DNA from: Saprospiraceae bacterium
GTDB taxonomy: Bacteria > Bacteroidota > Bacteroidia > Chitinophagales > Saprospiraceae
DNA: 15,885 bases
Assembly (NCBI GenBank): GCA_046153985.1
Contig: JBJXFD010000227.1
Span: forward strand, 1-15,885
Direction of reading: 5' to 3'
Shown: one piece after another, positions 13,183 through 15,885 of the stretch
How the letters are laid out: each line of letters starts with the position of its first letter
How positions within the stretch are numbered: the first letter of the stretch is position 1
Program-made: the position numbers and the translations under genes
The notes under the pieces: model-generated
What the model was told of the DNA's origin: nothing
What the model saw: the letters and a program-made list of their open reading frames with translations, nothing else
Databases searched by the model: none

Positions 13183-14685
13183 TTATTCTTTCGTTACTTC
13201 TGCTTCTTCCGTTTCGGTATCTTTCCCTTTCAGGTAATTCGGTAAGTTCAGGCCAGCCATGTTGAACAGGTCGTTCAGCGGCGGCACGGTTTTCATCATG
13301 CCCGATACAAAATTGGCGGTGGTGGTATTGCCGTTTTCGGTGCTGTTGCCCGAATCCCACACCGTAATTTTGTCTATCTTGATGTTCTTCACGGCTTCGA
13401 CCTGCGTTTTCACCAATTCCGGCAGCTTTTCGATGAGCAGCAACTGGAACGCTTTTGACGGATCGCCGCCCGCAGCTTCTACCACGCGCTGGTAACCATC
13501 GGCCTGCTTGGTCAGGATTTCAAACAAACCCTTGGCTTCGGCTTCCATTTTGGCAAAAATGGCGTCTGCTTCACCCTTGGCCTGCTCTCGGATCTTTTCC
13601 GCTTCCGCCTGCGCCTGGATGATGGCTTTTTGTTTTTCGATCTCTGCCGAAACGATGATGTTCGCAATCTGGCTGGAGCGTTCCCGTTCCGAACGCGCCA
13701 ATTCGGCCTTCTGTTCTGCTAAATAAGCTTCCTCCAGTGCCATAGCCTGCTGCACTTTTTCGGCAGTGGTGGCGATACGCAGCGATTCTGCCTCTTTTTC
13801 GCGGCGGAGTGCATCAGAGTTGGCGATCGAAATTTTAGCCTCGTTTTCCCCTTGTACGGCAATGGCGTTCGCAGTGGCCGTTTTCACACGGGTATCGCGC
13901 TCTGCTTCTGCTTTACCAATCGCTTCTTCCTTCACAGCCGAAGCCATGCTCACTTCCCGGTCTTTGCGGGTCATTGCAATTTTTACGTCGCGGTCGCGGT
14001 GCGTTTCGGCAATCTGGGTATCGCGTTCGCGGTCGGCTATAGCTTTACCGGTTTCCCCGATTTTTTCCTGCTCGGCTACGCTGATTTTAGCTTCGTTGAT
14101 GGCTTTTGCGGCAGCTTCTTTACCCAACGCTTCGATGTAGCCCGACTCGTCCTTGATGTCGGTTACGTTCACGTTGATGAGTTTCAGGCCGATTTTTTTC
14201 AATTCGGTGTCCACATTTTTGGAGATGTTGTCCAAAAACTTGTCGCGGTCGGAGTTAATTTCTTCAATGGTCATGGTAGCAATAACGAGGCGCAACTGCC
14301 CGAACAGGATGTCTTTCGACAATTCCTGAATCTGATCAGGCGTCAGGCCCAGCAAGCGCTCGGCAGCATTGCCCATGCTGTCCGATTCGGTAGAAATGGC
14401 CACGGTAAACCGGCAAGGTACATCCACCCGGATGTTCTGGCGGCTCAGGGCATTGGTCAGGTTTGCTTCGATGGAGAGGGGTTTCAAATCCAGAAAAGCG
14501 TAGTCCTGAATAACGGGCCATACAAAAACACCGCCACCGTGGATGCACTTGGCCGAAGTGCCGCCGGTTCTACCATAAACGACTAAGATTTTGTCGGAGG
14601 GGCAGCGTTTGAAACGCGAAATCAGGGCCGAAAAGGTAATAACCGTTACGACCGCAATGACAACAATAAGAATGATGGGTTCCAT
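13183..14685 (-). CDS. yqiK: Flotillin-family SPFH/band-7 protein (YqiK-like) of 500 aa.
   Basis: N-terminal TM helix MEPIILIVVIAVVTVITFSALI, then an SPFH domain (ILVVYGRTGG...GGVFVWPVIQDYAFLDLKPLSIE). A long E/A/K/R-rich coiled coil is characteristic of flotillins. Confidence 0.9.
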   Translation of the reverse strand: MEPIILIVVIAVVTVITFSALISRFKRCPSDKILVVYGRTGGTSAKCIHGGGVFVWPVIQDYAFLDLKPLSIEANLTNALSRQNIRVDVPCRFTVAISTESDSMGNAAERLLGLTPDQIQELSKDILFGQLRLVIATMTIEEINSDRDKFLDNISKNVDTELKKIGLKLINVNVTDIKDESGYIEALGKEAAAKAINEAKISVAEQEKIGETGKAIADRERDTQIAETHRDRDVKIAMTRKDREVSMASAVKEEAIGKAEAERDTRVKTATANAIAVQGENEAKISIANSDALRREKEAESLRIATTAEKVQQAMALEEAYLAEQKAELARSERERSSQIANIIVSAEIEKQKAIIQAQAEAEKIREQAKGEADAIFAKMEAEAKGLFEILTKQADGYQRVVEAAGGDPSKAFQLLLIEKLPELVKTQVEAVKNIKIDKITVWDSGNSTENGNTTTANFVSGMMKTVPPLNDLFNMAGLNLPNYLKGKDTETEEAEVTKE

Positions 14686-14701
14686 ATAAAAAGGTTTGGT
14701 T

Positions 14702-15280
14702 TTAGATTTTTTCTACCATTAAAAGGTTGTTGTCTACAACTGCTGTGACGCGCACCATGGCGCCGGTTTCGATCCGGTCGCCGGCAGTTAAGGCGTCGAG
14801 TTCGTGTACTGAACCTTTCACGCTGACCTGGATGATGCCTTTTCCGCTTTTTGTGGCCGGAATGAACAGGTACACTTGTGCGGTAAGACCCACCGTGTCT
14901 GCAATGTTAAAAGAGTTGTCTTCGGCCAGTCCGTGCAGCAGGGAAATCAGGTAAGCAAACAGCGCCACCATCCCCACGCCGGCCATAACGGCAATGACCA
15001 TCAGCACAACCTTGCTGGAAATAGTGTCGTAGAACGTAATGCCCGTCCAACTGAATCCCAGCAGAAAGTTGATGAGGTTTCGGAAAGAAAACAACTGGAA
15101 CGGTCCGTTGCCATCGTGGTTGGCGTCGCCATGGAAGTCAGCGCTCACGCCGTCGGCTGCATCCATCCCGACAAAAGTCATGATGGTTTGAATCAAAAAA
15201 ATCAAACTGCTGACGAGCGCGACCGACCAGAAGGCCTTCAGCGTGGGATCGAGGTTTTGAAAGAGTTCAAGCATGGTCAT
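14702..15280 (-). CDS. yqiJ: NfeD-like membrane protein (YqiJ-like) with a C-terminal OB-fold. It is the partner of the flotillin.
   Basis: Several TM helices, then C-terminal GKGIIQVSVKGSVHELDALTAGDRIETGAMVRVTAVVDNNLLMV typical of the NfeD beta-barrel. Located 16 nt upstream of the flotillin gene, in the same orientation as the E. coli yqiJK arrangement. Confidence 0.8.
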   Translation of the reverse strand: MTMLELFQNLDPTLKAFWSVALVSSLIFLIQTIMTFVGMDAADGVSADFHGDANHDGNGPFQLFSFRNLINFLLGFSWTGITFYDTISSKVVLMVIAVMAGVGMVALFAYLISLLHGLAEDNSFNIADTVGLTAQVYLFIPATKSGKGIIQVSVKGSVHELDALTAGDRIETGAMVRVTAVVDNNLLMVEKI

Positions 15281-15663
15281 ATTATTAGTTTCGTTTGGTC
15301 AAAAACAAATGATGTGCGCGATCCCTTGTACGCATGGGAACGCAGCATAAGTAGCCTTTTTGTTATCCTTCAGGATACCGGCAATTGTCCGGTGGAGCGC
15401 TGTTAGTCACGGTGGTGTTCCAGCATCTGTAGACAAATCCTGGCGGTGTAAGAGCATGTCGGGCAATTGAAGCAAGTTGTACGATGAACAGTGGAGATCG
15501 AAACTCAGGGTTTCATGTTGCATGTGTTTGTTTGATGCCCCAATATTTGGGGAATTGCGCGCTGTTGCTTTCAATTTTCCGATGAACGGCGTCTTTTTTC
15601 AGTTAAACATATCTTAAAATAGGAATATTGTGAGGGAAGGGATAAAAGTTTTGGGTCATGCGT

Positions 15664-15688
15664 GGTCGCCAGCTTCAGCTGGCAGACC
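15664..15688 (-). terminator. Near-perfect palindrome ggtcgccagct-tc-agctggc(a)gacc. It is a possible terminator or hairpin downstream of the partial right-edge gene.
   Basis: 11-bp arms with one extra base. The downstream U-tract on the minus strand is weak (ACUUUUAUC, starting 11 nt after the stem). Confidence 0.3.
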
Positions 15689-15733
15689 TCATAATCTCGG
15701 CGGAGCTATAAAACAGGTATAAGGAATTTCCAA

Positions 15734-15885
15734 TTACCCCTCCAACGACTTTAAATACAACTCCTCCACCTTCTTCCTCGCCCACGGCGTCTTCCGCAAA
15801 AATTTCAAACTCGACTGAACACTGGGCTCGTTTTTGAAGCAATTGACATCAATATAATACGCCAGGCCTTCCCAGCGGTAGACTT
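15734..15885 (-). CDS. C-terminal 49 codons of a gene that continues beyond the right edge, with unknown product.
   Basis: The minus-strand frame is open from the window edge to TAA at 15736-15734 (…[49 protein letters not shown]). A near-perfect 11-bp palindrome follows 46 nt downstream. Confidence 0.3.
   Translation of the reverse strand, partial: VYRWEGLAYYIDVNCFKNEPSVQSSLKFLRKTPWARKKVEELYLKSLEG

Noticed and set aside
13054-15406. Plus-strand ORFs antisense to the flotillin and nfeD genes (13054-13245, 13259-13495, 13508-13726, 13766-14140, 13852-14586, 14727-14954, 14876-15406) and minus-strand 13124-13360 and 14336-14548.
   Set aside because: The flotillin gene's E/A/K-rich codon composition generates long open antisense frames rich in S/A/F. 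None has domain-like sequence, and the sense-strand assignments are strong.
1-15885. Search for tRNA/rRNA genes, integrases, transposases and IS inverted repeats as evidence of a mobile element.
   Set aside because: No tRNA-like cloverleaf signatures, no rRNA-like segments, and no recombinase or transposase-like ORFs are visible. The TA pair and repeats suggest an accessory-type region but not a recognisable mobile element.

Overview
This is a 15.9-kb chromosomal segment that is almost certainly from a Bacteroidota genome. Supporting evidence is a T9SS C-terminal sorting domain protein, a Bacteroidota-type HEXXH zinc metalloprotease, a PepSY-TM protein, signal peptides of the MKK.. type and mostly SD-less starts. 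I support 13 coding regions.

Genes on the minus strand:
- A translationally coupled pair (ATGA overlap): a bitopic membrane protein and a 1205-aa secreted protein with 14 near-identical 46-aa TPR-like units. At DNA level the units form about 138-bp tandem repeats, and the gene carries A9 and T11 homopolymer tracts.
- A DUF2281-antitoxin / PIN (VapC-like) toxin pair.
- A tightly packed four-gene operon: UPF0175-like small protein, VOC/glyoxalase-family protein, Zn-ADH/quinone-oxidoreductase-family protein, T9SS-sorted beta-propeller-like protein.
- A PepSY-TM protein.
- An NfeD-like / flotillin (YqiJ/YqiK-like) pair with a clear rho-independent terminator.
- A short C-terminal gene fragment at the right edge.

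Genes on the plus strand:
- An 848-aa secreted zinc-dependent metalloprotease (HEVGHTLGLPHN).
- A weak possible 3' gene end at the left edge.

I recognised no tRNA or rRNA genes, CRISPR array, integrase or transposase.

The parts most worth a second look:
- The membrane-protein / giant TPR-protein cassette. The membrane protein's cytoplasmic N-terminal module looks like the small all-alpha adaptor domains seen on Bacteroidota conflict-system proteins. This is from memory and unverified.
- The unusually long, highly structured divergent intergenic region at 4802-5423. It holds a perfect 13-bp inverted repeat, a strand-asymmetric C-rich/G-rich tract, two tandem hairpin repeats followed by a terminator-like hairpin, and a duplicated 16-nt motif.
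- The recent-looking 138-bp tandem repeat array and its homopolymer tracts.
- An orphan UPF0175 antitoxin-like gene coupled to a VOC-family gene instead of its usual toxin partner.

All family assignments come from reading motifs in the translations by eye. No searches were run.
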